From the NCBI GenBank assembly GCA_040285745.1, contig JAUFOR010000008.1, positions 434,001 through 498,000 of the forward strand: a stretch of 64,000 nt of DNA, given 5' to 3'. Below, piece after piece: positions 10,721 through 20,364 of this stretch. The notes below the pieces were generated by a model. That model made no database searches and was not told where the DNA came from. It saw only the letters and a program-made list of their open reading frames with translations. How positions within the stretch are numbered: the first letter of the stretch is position 1; each line of letters opens with the position of its first letter. The translations under genes were made by a program, and so were the position numbers. This stretch comes from Barthelona sp. PCE (lineage: Eukaryota).

Positions 10721-11641
10721 TTATTGCAATTTATTAAACTCAACAGCAGTTTGGGCAGCCACTTTAGCATTATTCTTAACTAAATGAATGTTGCATACAA
10801 GTGACTTTCCTTCTGTGAGCTCAACAATCCTGCCTAGTAAGAAAGGCGTCATATCTTTACCTTTAATACCAAGTTTGTTACAATCTTCAAGTGCTTCATC
10901 TATAACAGGGTTCATAATGTCTGCACAGATCTCATACTCTTCTGGAATAGGGTTGGCAAGGAGGATACCTTGCTTCATGTTAAGATCAATGTGTGCCTTA
11001 AGCATCTTGGCTGCATCAGCAGCATCTTGTACACTGAGATGTACTGTGTGTCCAGAAATACGAGAATAGAAAGATGGGAAATTTGTTGTGCCGAAGCCGA
11101 CAACAGGAACACCGTACGTCTCTAGTACTTCAAGAGTTGCTGGAATATCAAGTATTGACTTGATGCCGGCACTAACTACCATGACGGGTGAACGTGAGAA
11201 CTCAACGAGATCAGCGCTAACGTCCCACACATCGTCGCGTGTGACACCACCTGAACCTCCTGTTGCAAAAATATGAATCTTAGGAGTAGAAAAATTCTGA
11301 CAAATGTACATAGTACCTGCAACAGTTGTTCCACCAGTGAATTTGTTCGCAACACAGTAGGAGAGGTCACGTACAGAAACTTTCATGCAATTTTCCCGAC
11401 CCAATGATGCGAAATGCTGTAACGTGTCCTGATCTAATCCTACGTGAATGTTACCCTCAATCACTGCAATTGTGGCAGGAACTGCGCCGTTGGAGCGTAC
11501 TACAGCTTCTACTTCCATAGCACACTCCATATTCTGAGGATATGGCATTCCATGACTGATAATAGTAGATTCCAGTGCGACGATCGGCTTACCGCCCTCG
11601 AATGCGCCCATGACTTCTTGTGAATAAATAATCTTAAACAT
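10721..11641 (-). CDS. psuG: pseudouridine-5'-phosphate glycosidase (PsuG/IndA family), stand-alone
   Basis: PIVALESTIISHGMPYPQN, VPATIAV, GGTTVAGTM, FATGG, SADL, AGIKSILDI, TPFLL, LVKNNA. Confidence 0.95.
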   Translation of the reverse strand: MFKIIYSQEVMGAFEGGKPIVALESTIISHGMPYPQNMECAMEVEAVVRSNGAVPATIAVIEGNIHVGLDQDTLQHFASLGRENCMKVSVRDLSYCVANKFTGGTTVAGTMYICQNFSTPKIHIFATGGSGGVTRDDVWDVSADLVEFSRSPVMVVSAGIKSILDIPATLEVLETYGVPVVGFGTTNFPSFYSRISGHTVHLSVQDAADAAKMLKAHIDLNMKQGILLANPIPEEYEICADIMNPVIDEALEDCNKLGIKGKDMTPFLLGRIVELTEGKSLVCNIHLVKNNAKVAAQTAVEFNKLQ

Positions 11642-11689
11642 ATGAGAAGGAATTAGAAAATTAAAACTGGTTATTCATCAACAACAATA

Positions 11690-12240
11690 ATCATTCTTGT
11701 AGGTTCAACTTCTTCAATACATAGATGCAGTTGAGAAAGCCAAAATTAAGTATACCCTTTACACTGAGTACCTGCAAATACCTCTTCAACCCTTTTCTTC
11801 TTTCTTTTTTACGTTTTTGATGAAAGTTGGGACTTTTTAATCGTTCAATATTTGTATTCCAAAGGACAAAATAAGACAATGTGATCCCAAAGAATCATAT
11901 GATGAAGGCTATCAAGGTAATCTGTATTTGAACCATTATGAAGATACCCGTTGATGTATAAGCGAACACGAACTTGAAGTGGGCTGCGTAGAGATACAAA
12001 ACTATGTTCTACAAAAATCTTCTGAATTTAATGCTTATAGGTATGCGTTATTAACTCACGAAGAGCTAAGGGCTACTTATAACAACATTAAGGGGCCTAT
12101 ATTGAATTATTCGTGCAGTACTTGTTCATGGCCACTCCTATGAATCTGTGAAGCGTTTACCCGGTTTCCAAGCTATAATTAAACAATACAATAGTGTATC
12201 TTCCAGTATTCTGGAGCTGATCATGGATTTTCTAAGTTAA
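11690..12240 (+). pseudogene. probable decayed gene remnant
   Basis: Unusually long gap for this genome. Protein-like segments occur in successive frames separated by stops/frameshifts (IDAVEKAKIKYTLYTEYL; QCDPKESYDEGYQGNLYL*CISEHELEVG; IIRAVLVHG..SILELIMDFLS*), ending in TAAA at 12238-12241. Confidence 0.35.
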
Positions 12241-12345
12241 AAGGACTGTATTTCAGCTGAAATTAAAACTGGTAGTAAAACAATGCAAACAAATAACATT
12301 TCGTTCTTCAAAATGTTATTTTAAACCTATTTTACTGGCAATAAT

Positions 12346-13212
12346 CTATCTGAAACGTAACGAATTACCTGGCCCACTAGAGTTGCCGTACAATGACCTT
12401 TTAAAACTGTTTGAATCAGCCCAAGGAGCATTACCACTAAGCGACTGATCCAACTCCATCTTTTTCATCTCTTGTTCTTTCTTGTAGTACATCGCCATGA
12501 GTCTCTTTTGTGTTTCATCAGAGACCGCTTGTTCTCTTCCAGGCGGTCCTTGATCAGCGTGTGTAATTTTAGCAATAATCTTAGTATTTTCGTGTCTAGT
12601 TTTTGTGCATTGCTTTAATGTTGAGGCACGTGACAGTTGCTTACCAGCAAACCATAAAACGCACGTATCTACATTAATGGGTTGAGTCTCCATAGATTCT
12701 GGTGTCCAGTGGCCTGGATCCTCTAGTAACCCAGCCAATGGTTCGTGTTCGGGTAATCCCATTGGATATGCAATGGTGACTGATCCCCTTGTAAAATCTA
12801 AACACTCTTCAATCTCATCAACGTTTAATACTTCTCTGTTTTCCACCTTTGCTGTTGCAAATACAGATTCACATCTGGCAGCAGCTTGAAAAAGGTTCTC
12901 CTTCACTTGTCCCAACGGTGCCCGTCCATCTCTCTGTCCCAATGGATCAGGATTATAATCAAAACGAGTATCATTCTTCAAAGCAGCAATCTGCACGCTA
13001 TCCAAACGTACTTCATCAATTCCCTGTTCTGAAACGGGGCGCATGACACCGTGTTCTGCAAGCTGCTTCAGGACGTAAGCCATAAGTTCAAAACGAATTT
13101 TGATGTTATAAAGGTGCCCACAATGCGTGCTTACTTCAGATAATGATGTATCTAAAGTTGTTTCCACGATAAACAGTGGATTATTCTCCCTTTTCACTTC
13201 GATTAAAACCAT
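12346..13212 (-). CDS. CFAP298: cilia- and flagella-associated protein 298 (C21orf59/Kurly/FBB18)
   Basis: MVLIEVKR, LAEHG, DPLGQRDGRAP, IAYPMGLP, LWFAGKQL, ENTKIIAK, GPPGRE, MYYKKEQE. ATG at 13212 preferred. Confidence 0.9.
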   Translation of the reverse strand: MVLIEVKRENNPLFIVETTLDTSLSEVSTHCGHLYNIKIRFELMAYVLKQLAEHGVMRPVSEQGIDEVRLDSVQIAALKNDTRFDYNPDPLGQRDGRAPLGQVKENLFQAAARCESVFATAKVENREVLNVDEIEECLDFTRGSVTIAYPMGLPEHEPLAGLLEDPGHWTPESMETQPINVDTCVLWFAGKQLSRASTLKQCTKTRHENTKIIAKITHADQGPPGREQAVSDETQKRLMAMYYKKEQEMKKMELDQSLSGNAPWADSNSFKRSLYGNSSGPGNSLRFR

Positions 13213-13375
13213 TATACAAAAAAAAAGTGGTGAAAATGTGTAAATGTACAAATGCAACAAAGCAGTTCACTTTAGTTTCTCTATGGAACTGAAACCTGAG
13301 CACATGCTTCTTACAGCAATTCAGCAACATGGAATCAACAATTCAAACGGTATATATTATTACGCCCTTATCATA

Positions 13376-14014
13376 ATGACTAGAGATAGAAGCGATTCTG
13401 TAGCATCCACAAGATCTAGGAGCCAGTCCACTGTTGCTCCTGTTTCATCTGAAAAGGCACATCCATTAAATTCTTCATTTACTTTCTGGCACGGTTTGAC
13501 CAGTGTAAGTGATTGGGAGTTAAATCTGGACCCCCTTGGCCACTTTGACACTTTGGAGGGATTCGGACGCATGTACAGACATCTTAAATCACCCGAAAAA
13601 CTTGAACAGACTCATTCCATTGCACTTTTCCGTAGAGATATTATTCCTACATGGGAGGACAATAAGTCTGGAGGCCAAATGATCTTTATGTTTGGGAAAG
13701 AGTCCACTGAAGAATTGAAGTGGTGTTATGAGCGTTTACTTTTTGCTCTCATTGGAGAATCATTTGGCGAACCAAATTTACAAGGCGTTATGCTCACTTT
13801 AAAGACAAAGGTTAACTATTTAAGCTTATGGGTAGATTGCACACATTCTAAAGTCAAGAACCGTATTATGCGTAAATCTTGCAAATTTTTAAATTCATCA
13901 ACTCATCCTGAATGGAGAACGCATAACAAGAGCATTAAGATGTTAAAGCGCCGCATGGATTTTGAGGAAAAGCAAGAAGAATCTAAAACAGAAGAAGAAA
14001 CAACTGAAGAATAA
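13376..14014 (+). CDS. EIF4E: eIF4E-family cap-binding protein (divergent)
   Basis: HPL..FTFW, FDTLEGF, LFRRDIIPTWED, LIGESF, LSLW. Start at 13376 is inferred; the ORF is open from 13244. Confidence 0.9.
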   Translation: MTRDRSDSVASTRSRSQSTVAPVSSEKAHPLNSSFTFWHGLTSVSDWELNLDPLGHFDTLEGFGRMYRHLKSPEKLEQTHSIALFRRDIIPTWEDNKSGGQMIFMFGKESTEELKWCYERLLFALIGESFGEPNLQGVMLTLKTKVNYLSLWVDCTHSKVKNRIMRKSCKFLNSSTHPEWRTHNKSIKMLKRRMDFEEKQEESKTEEETTEE

Positions 14015-14058
14015 TTATAATTCAGTTTAAAAAATCAAATCAAATTAAACAAAATCAA

Positions 14059-14883
14059 TTAAGAAAGGAATTCATTAAAAAACTGTTCTTCAGTCTTTTT
14101 CATCTTGGAATTAATAAAATCAACTATAAATCCTATTGACACCAAAATAAACCTTATTAAATAGTTAAAACTCATATCTTCACCTAAATTATTGTTATAA
14201 TTAAAAGAAATCGTACAACTAAAGTATAAACTAATGGCAAAAACAAGTAAATTGAGTAATGATAAATAATTTTTTTTAACAACATAATTTTGATCTAAAC
14301 CACTGTATGTATTGTAAAAACAACGACCAATAGCAATCATTAAAAATATATTAGTGTGATTATTCAGCAAAATAAGAGTAAAACTGTTCATTTCGTCATT
14401 ATATAAATATAATATACATGTTATGAATATACAAGTTAGGATTCCAGCAAACAGAATGTTTTGTACAAATGTTTCAAGTTTAGAAATCGCTCCAAAAGTA
14501 AAATAATCCAAATCATTCAAATCTTCTCCAAACGAATTAGATACCTTCTTTCTTCGCTTTGAGTGGAACTTCCCGCTGATTGGGGCCTCAACAATAACAT
14601 GTTCTGCTGTTCCAAACTGAATTTTCGAATTTCCACCATAACTTGATGTATTTGTACCTAAAACTCGAATATTCGAACTACCACTGGTTGGAATGTGCAT
14701 GTTTGTGTTTGTGTCGACAATCCCTGAAATCATAGAAACTGAGGAATCAAAAGACCTGTGGCTTTTTAACGAACGATCGGAAATCTCAGAATTTTCAGAT
14801 TCCGGAACAGTTTCTGATGCGCTTGAACCCCTCCTCCTCCTTGGAGGCCTTCTCCGCGAGCGTTTAGGCTCGTCATTGACCAT
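14059..14883 (-). CDS. membrane protein with basic/Ser-rich N-terminus and ~4 C-terminal TMs (possibly TMEM237-like)
   Basis: 274-aa ORF with four hydrophobic segments. The TMEM237 resemblance is architectural only. Confidence 0.6.
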   Translation of the reverse strand: MVNDEPKRSRRRPPRRRRGSSASETVPESENSEISDRSLKSHRSFDSSVSMISGIVDTNTNMHIPTSGSSNIRVLGTNTSSYGGNSKIQFGTAEHVIVEAPISGKFHSKRRKKVSNSFGEDLNDLDYFTFGAISKLETFVQNILFAGILTCIFITCILYLYNDEMNSFTLILLNNHTNIFLMIAIGRCFYNTYSGLDQNYVVKKNYLSLLNLLVFAISLYFSCTISFNYNNNLGEDMSFNYLIRFILVSIGFIVDFINSKMKKTEEQFFNEFLS

Positions 14884-15149
14884 TGCAATATAATGTTAAG
14901 GATTATATATGTTAAAACACTGTTTAGTAGATATTTAACATCGTAATTGACGCCAAGCATATAAATTACATGGACAAAACAAAGTAAATATGTTGTGCCA
15001 TTACATTCAAACTTGTTAGGTTTTTCCTTCCCTTATACACATCCATAGTTTGCGAAAAACGGTATTTACCGTTCCAAACACCCCCGAGTTTATCGATTTA
15101 TAGTACTTTAGTTCAGTTAAACAACGCATTTAATTTTTATTTTATTTTA

Positions 15150-16055
15150 ATGGGCCCTCGAACATCTAAAATCACAGATCCAAATCCTACTGGTATCTCT
15201 TCCAGAAATCCTGGACGGACTAACAACAAAACAAAAGTTAAGCGAGACAACTCGAAAACAAAAGTTAAAACCAACGAATTTGTTGGTTGTTACTCTACTG
15301 ATGATGAAGAAGACATACCTTCTGTCCCAGTTTCATTCAAATACATAGATCGGGACGCTTCAACAGTTTTTCTAGCGGGAACTTTTACCGAATGGGATTT
15401 GCATCCGATTCGTTTACGTAAAGATCGAGATGGAAACTGGTCACGTAAATTAGAACTAGAGCCAGGAGAATATAATTTCAAGTTCATTGTTGATACCGAG
15501 TGGACAGTTAACCCTTCACTACCAACATGTCCAGATGCATTTGGTGATATAACAAATTATATAGTTGTGAAACCACCAAGATTAAGTTTTTCACAAAAGT
15601 TTTTCACTGATGAAGAAATTAAGAACGCTGAACCTTTGGAACTCCCTAGTGAGTTAACGGTGTCAGTCTTGAATGTTAATACTGATACAACTGATAAATC
15701 TTTAATGGCGTTACCTAATCACGTGACACTGCGCCACTGCTATACACGCCCAAAGAGGCTGGATTTGATGGTGACTGGTTGCAGTGAACGTGTTAATTCG
15801 AAGTATGTCTCAACGGTTTTTTATTCAAATATATCTTCCACATGCAAAGAAAGAAGATTCGTTAGGCAACAGGAGAGAGCTGCGAGAAGAAAGAAGTTAA
15901 AAGCACTTAATTTACCCTTACCAGAAGTTCCTTTACCGAAATTTGCTCTTGATGGAACAGTGAAGCGAAAGAATTTACCCACTGGTGTATCTATTCGTTA
16001 TCCACGAAAGGTCACAAGTGAAAGTTCAGATAGTTTAGCAAAACAAGATCAATAA
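15150..16055 (+). CDS. PRKAB: AMP-activated protein kinase beta subunit (CBM48 + AMPKBI)
   Basis: MG myristoylation-type start, VFLAGTFTEW, YNFKFIVDTEW, LPNHVTLRH, SKYVSTVFY. Confidence 0.92.
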   Translation: MGPRTSKITDPNPTGISSRNPGRTNNKTKVKRDNSKTKVKTNEFVGCYSTDDEEDIPSVPVSFKYIDRDASTVFLAGTFTEWDLHPIRLRKDRDGNWSRKLELEPGEYNFKFIVDTEWTVNPSLPTCPDAFGDITNYIVVKPPRLSFSQKFFTDEEIKNAEPLELPSELTVSVLNVNTDTTDKSLMALPNHVTLRHCYTRPKRLDLMVTGCSERVNSKYVSTVFYSNISSTCKERRFVRQQERAARRKKLKALNLPLPEVPLPKFALDGTVKRKNLPTGVSIRYPRKVTSESSDSLAKQDQ

Positions 16056-16066
16056 ATGATTTCTTC

Positions 16067-16111
16067 TAGTATTTCAATTATTGATAATACAAAGAAAATA
16101 AATTGGAAACC
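16067..16111 (+). repeat. direct repeat A, left copy (partner 20801-20845)
   Basis: tagtatttcaattattgataatacaaagaaaataaattggaaacc vs tagtatttcaattactaaataatacaataaaaaaaataggaaacc. Confidence 0.75.
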
Positions 16112-16200
16112 AAGGTAGCACAGCACGTATACTGCACCATATCCCAACTTAGATCTGTAAAAATCTTACTCTACCCGTTAACATATGAGGGAAGAAAATC
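16112..16200 (+). repeat. degenerate inverted repeat B, left copy (partner 20660-20764, minus strand)
   Basis: Shares collinear blocks aaggtagc, cgtat, gcaccatatcc, aacttagatct, gtaaa, tacccgttaacat, atgag and ggaagaaaatc with the reverse complement of 20660-20764. Confidence 0.85.
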
Positions 16201-16212
16201 TCATTTATTGCA

Positions 16213-18192
16213 TCATTGGAACTCTTTCATTCTATTTTTAACTTGTGTGAGAGTCACACGCTGTATGTCCTGAACCTGACAACGTCCATGGTGACCGCAA
16301 CTCGCAGAAAGGCAAACAAAACAAAAACTGCGACTGCATGTGGGACACTTCATGCTCTTGCAACCGCTAATATGTTCTACAGGAGTCAAGCAGTTCGGGC
16401 AGACACGCAAAGATGGCACATTATCAATTCGATTGAAATCGATGGTTTTGCGTGGTGCATTTTGAAGACGGTTGTTGAGATTGTCAACATCTTCCTGCGT
16501 CCATTGCGAAAGTCGCTGTGTGATGAGCAACTTGAACTCCTTGGGCAGGATACCGCGAATAGCTAGTGGTAGTCCTTCGCGGATACGCAATATGTTGTTG
16601 GGCAATCTCAGAGAGTGATCACAGAGAGCAACAGTAGGTAGCATAGTGTCGTCAGGCTGTAGAATGACGGTGAATGAGTGTAGTTCCGGTGAGCCATTTA
16701 ACCAGTAAACGAACTGGAGAATGTCCATTGAGTTGAAACCTTGTAGAACTTCTGCTAGTGCATCACGCACGTTATTGGGTACCTTTTCATCATAGTTAAA
16801 GGTAGCAAGCACCTGCTCTGCGGTGAAACGAGGAGGTCCGCACATCATAGATTTGACTTCAGAGAAAGTGAGAGTAACGCCAAGCTGGGCAGTGAGTTCA
16901 TGAGCGTTAAACACTGCGTTAACCTTCTTAGACAGCTCCACCCATGGTTCGGATGCGGATTCACGGGCGAAATGCAGGAATTCATCAATATTGTCAGCTG
17001 TAACCAACCTGTCATCTCCTAAAAGGGAGTTGAAGTTCAGACCCTCTTGATCCAGCATGTTAAGGATGTACGCCGATTCGGTTGGGAACACCTTGCCAAA
17101 GACTTTTCTATCAGAAAGCTTATCGTGATCTTCACTGAGTGCGTTGATCAAAAACTGACCAACCTGCAAGTCATCAATTGGTGATTGGAACACAAAGCAG
17201 CAGTACAGGAAGCCACATATGGCTATCAAGACATCATCTGATGTTTCGGTATTGAATTGAGGCAAAGAATGATGCTCGAAAATGTAATCAATGAATTGGG
17301 GAATTGAGAGTTGTTCCATACCGTACAATGTAATTGAGGCATCGAAGTATTCGGTTCCACTCATAAACGAGTTGATATCGCTGAACACAGTCACGAAAAA
17401 TTCGTCAAAGGTCTGCTCCACTTGTTCAAACTTCATGGTGCTTCCCTCACGATCGTTATCGCGTAACAGAGCCTGCTTTGTGACAATAAACTGGTTGATC
17501 TGACGGCGAATGAGTGTGAGGCGGTCCTGAGCTGCGGGTACGTTAGTGTGCCACTCATGACAGTTAAGCTCGTAAATGGACGGTCTGAGCTGAGGATCTT
17601 TGGCTTGACAGCGCTGGATGATTTCAGAATGCATACAGTCTTCAGGTAAAACAAGCTGAGCAACGTTTGTTCTGTCTTGTGCATAAATGTAGGCAACAGT
17701 TTTTCCAAGTGCAAAAATATCGCTCAGAAAAGTGTGCGGTTGGCCCATCACAACTTCTTGGGCTATATAACCAAACGTTCCAACCATAGTGGTACCTCCA
17801 ATAGTTTGTGAGCTGTCGATGCTTACACCAAAGTCGCATAATTTCAACTTGGGATTTGTTCCGTCTTTGTTACAATAAACCAGGATGTTCTGTGGCTTTA
17901 TATCACGCAGAGTGATGCCCTTTGCGTGTATAGAGAAGATACACATCACAAGCTGATGAGCAAGAGAGTCCTTCGTCTCCTGGTTAACATCAGGAAATGA
18001 TTCAAGATACTTCTCAAGATCGAACGGTGCACGCTCCAGCTCAATACACACAAACATCATGGTAGCAGTTCCACGTGACATCTTTGGTACAAACACTACG
18101 TTCTTAAGAGTTACTGTGCAAGGGTCTAGCTTGGTCAGAACGCGCAGTTCGCGTCTTATTGCCTTTATATTATCATCCAGACCGCGCTTCAT
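16213..18192 (-). CDS. Ser/Thr kinase - HECT-like - RBR RING2 fusion (C-terminal part of the interrupted frame 16213-20364)
   Basis: Kinase LRDIKPQNIL, DFG, GTFGYIAQE, SDIFALG. HECT C-lobe-like LQFVYWLNGS..LPTVALCDHSLRLP. RING2 CPNCLTPVEHISGCKSMKCPTCSRSFCFVC. The frame is open upstream to 18330. Confidence 0.85.
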   Translation of the reverse strand: MKRGLDDNIKAIRRELRVLTKLDPCTVTLKNVVFVPKMSRGTATMMFVCIELERAPFDLEKYLESFPDVNQETKDSLAHQLVMCIFSIHAKGITLRDIKPQNILVYCNKDGTNPKLKLCDFGVSIDSSQTIGGTTMVGTFGYIAQEVVMGQPHTFLSDIFALGKTVAYIYAQDRTNVAQLVLPEDCMHSEIIQRCQAKDPQLRPSIYELNCHEWHTNVPAAQDRLTLIRRQINQFIVTKQALLRDNDREGSTMKFEQVEQTFDEFFVTVFSDINSFMSGTEYFDASITLYGMEQLSIPQFIDYIFEHHSLPQFNTETSDDVLIAICGFLYCCFVFQSPIDDLQVGQFLINALSEDHDKLSDRKVFGKVFPTESAYILNMLDQEGLNFNSLLGDDRLVTADNIDEFLHFARESASEPWVELSKKVNAVFNAHELTAQLGVTLTFSEVKSMMCGPPRFTAEQVLATFNYDEKVPNNVRDALAEVLQGFNSMDILQFVYWLNGSPELHSFTVILQPDDTMLPTVALCDHSLRLPNNILRIREGLPLAIRGILPKEFKLLITQRLSQWTQEDVDNLNNRLQNAPRKTIDFNRIDNVPSLRVCPNCLTPVEHISGCKSMKCPTCSRSFCFVCLSASCGHHGRCQVQDIQRVTLTQVKNRMKEFQ

Positions 18193-18330
18193 CCTCTTTG
18201 AGACGCAAATACACTTGATGAACAGATCATCCGTATCGAACGTACCGTTACCTAATCCGAAATCTTGAAGTCCACCATTAAAATAGCTGTCATAACCAAT
18301 GATCTTTGGAATTGAAGGGAACCTTATATC

Positions 18331-20364
18331 TTAAAGATCCAACTCCTCAAGCGTCTTGGAAAGGTCAACTGCCAGTGCCAGTTCACATATTGTGTTTTTG
18401 AGCGTTTTGATGTTCTGGGTAACCAGTTCAGTCAAACATCCCTTTGCTTTTTTAAAATTGACACATTCAGCTCCGCTGATCTCCGATGCATGGCGTTCCA
18501 TTCTCTGTTGCATTGTGTAAAGTCGATCAAAATTCACTGGATGATCAAGAGAATCTTGCTCTTGCTCTTCCCGAGATTCCTCCAAATTCTTGACTATATC
18601 TTTGATCTGCTTGGAAGATTGCGTAAGTGTGTTGTGTTTGTCAATGAATAAAGTCATTACAACATGTGAATTTTTCAGATCAAGATCTGAAAGCAAGTGA
18701 AATAGTTCAAACCTGGCATCTAAAAATCGTAACTCTTTAAGTTTTTCGGCAAAAGCCATCTCTTTAAGCACCTTTGCGATAGGAAACTGTGAAACATACT
18801 CGTCAAAGCGAGATGAAAAGGTTGAGGCTAGCGTTTCATTTATCTCAAACGTTACAATAATGCTTCTGAAATGCCTGACGTATGATATGGCCATTTCCAG
18901 TTCTTCTAAGTGCTTCTCCATTGTCTGCACAGTTGGATCTGAAGATATCCAGTCCAAGAAAGACTGTGATGGAACATAGAGTTGTTGGATGACTTCTGCA
19001 CATTCATTGCTATACGCAATCAGTTCACCGAACTCCTTGTTGCCTGAATTGGGTACCAACTGACTCAATGCATCGAAATTAACCTGTGTTTCCTTTTTTT
19101 GAGCAGAGAGTTTTTCTTGAAAAAATATTTTCTGTTCAGCAAGTTTGGAGCGAAGGTTAATGATACTCAAGTTAGCATCAATGAGATTACTACTGCCATT
19201 ATCACATCTTAAGCTTCGACGAAAATCAGATCCATCCCATTCCATCAACATACTTGTTCCATCCTCAAATGCTACGCTAAACACCGATCCTGATTCTCCT
19301 TGAGCATTAACAATAACGTCATTAAAATCAAAACTTTGACATTCACCTGATTTGGATACATGTGAAACATATGATTTAAAAAACAATAGATAACCGTTTG
19401 GAACTTTAGAAATTAGCATTTGGGGATTACAAGGAATGATTTCACCAGCTTTGACAATATAAGAACCTAATTGTGTGGTATCAATTTTGATTAAATGCTT
19501 ATTAAAAACTGTAATTGTTGGTGTACTTCCAATATAGCATTTGGCAATAGTTGTTATACGCTTTCTTGACTGAATACAAAATATTTGTGAATCTCCACAT
19601 TGCATATTGACTGAAAAATACTTTTCGTCATGTGAAATATAAATGGACTGCTTTTTACCCTCTACGTAGAATGAACAGTATCTTTGTTTCGTGCTTCTGT
19701 TGAACACTTCAATCACAGCATTATTAGCAAGGACTATATACTGAGCAGAAATGCCACCTAGAAGCATTGTAGTTCCTTTAAGGATTGAATACATCTCTAT
19801 AACTGAACCTGACATATCTGATATTCTATATGACATTTGCTTAATACCACTGTGATACACTGAATCAAGTATTCTAAATTGATTTTGATATTCAAAGAAA
19901 TACATACCTTCTATCTTTGCTGATGGACTTTGCTTATTGTGATCGTATACACAGATTATGTCATCATTACGATGAATGAAAACATTTCTAGAAGTAACCC
20001 AACATGTAGAACCATAACATTGGATGTTGGATAAGAGGTTTCCTGTTATCAAATCATAGCTATAGTATCGATCGCCTGAGCGATATGCAAGGAATTGTCC
20101 ATCCTTGCTCAGACAACCAAAATAACAATTAGACGCTCTGACTTGAAATATTGAATTGAGTTCAGGAATATTGAAAACTTTGATAATTCTTGAATCATAA
20201 TTAGAAGGATCTACATGCACAGTGGCCAGAACCTCTTCGTTCCTTGAAACCCAAAAGATATTCAAATATTCCTCTGTGGCGAGAGTAATTGGTTCAAGAC
20301 CACCAGATTCGTTTTGACGTATAATAGTCGCCTTTCCGTCTTCATCAGCAAATATTTGTATCAT
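18331..20364 (-). CDS. beta-propeller-like + coiled-coil protein (N-terminal part of the interrupted frame 16213-20364)
   Basis: Beta-strand repeats (CLSKDGQFLAY, ISHDEKYFSV) followed by heptad-rich helical sequence. Its TAA is in frame with the kinase ORF. Confidence 0.75.
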   Translation of the reverse strand: MIQIFADEDGKATIIRQNESGGLEPITLATEEYLNIFWVSRNEEVLATVHVDPSNYDSRIIKVFNIPELNSIFQVRASNCYFGCLSKDGQFLAYRSGDRYYSYDLITGNLLSNIQCYGSTCWVTSRNVFIHRNDDIICVYDHNKQSPSAKIEGMYFFEYQNQFRILDSVYHSGIKQMSYRISDMSGSVIEMYSILKGTTMLLGGISAQYIVLANNAVIEVFNRSTKQRYCSFYVEGKKQSIYISHDEKYFSVNMQCGDSQIFCIQSRKRITTIAKCYIGSTPTITVFNKHLIKIDTTQLGSYIVKAGEIIPCNPQMLISKVPNGYLLFFKSYVSHVSKSGECQSFDFNDVIVNAQGESGSVFSVAFEDGTSMLMEWDGSDFRRSLRCDNGSSNLIDANLSIINLRSKLAEQKIFFQEKLSAQKKETQVNFDALSQLVPNSGNKEFGELIAYSNECAEVIQQLYVPSQSFLDWISSDPTVQTMEKHLEELEMAISYVRHFRSIIVTFEINETLASTFSSRFDEYVSQFPIAKVLKEMAFAEKLKELRFLDARFELFHLLSDLDLKNSHVVMTLFIDKHNTLTQSSKQIKDIVKNLEESREEQEQDSLDHPVNFDRLYTMQQRMERHASEISGAECVNFKKAKGCLTELVTQNIKTLKNTICELALAVDLSKTLEELDL

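Noticed and set aside
12041-12065. Intron-like GTATGC...ACTCACGAAGAG
   Set aside because: Removing it creates an immediate stop (AGC TAA) and does not rescue an ORF.
15058-15073. Palindrome AACGGTA-TT-TACCGTT in a divergent promoter
   Set aside because: Single occurrence; not distinguishable from chance.
18324-18344. 21-nt GT..AG (GTTGGATCTTTAAGATATAAG, minus strand) that would remove the internal TAA in frame
   Set aside because: Lacks the GTAT donor and the CTWAC-N4-AG acceptor seen in both real introns.
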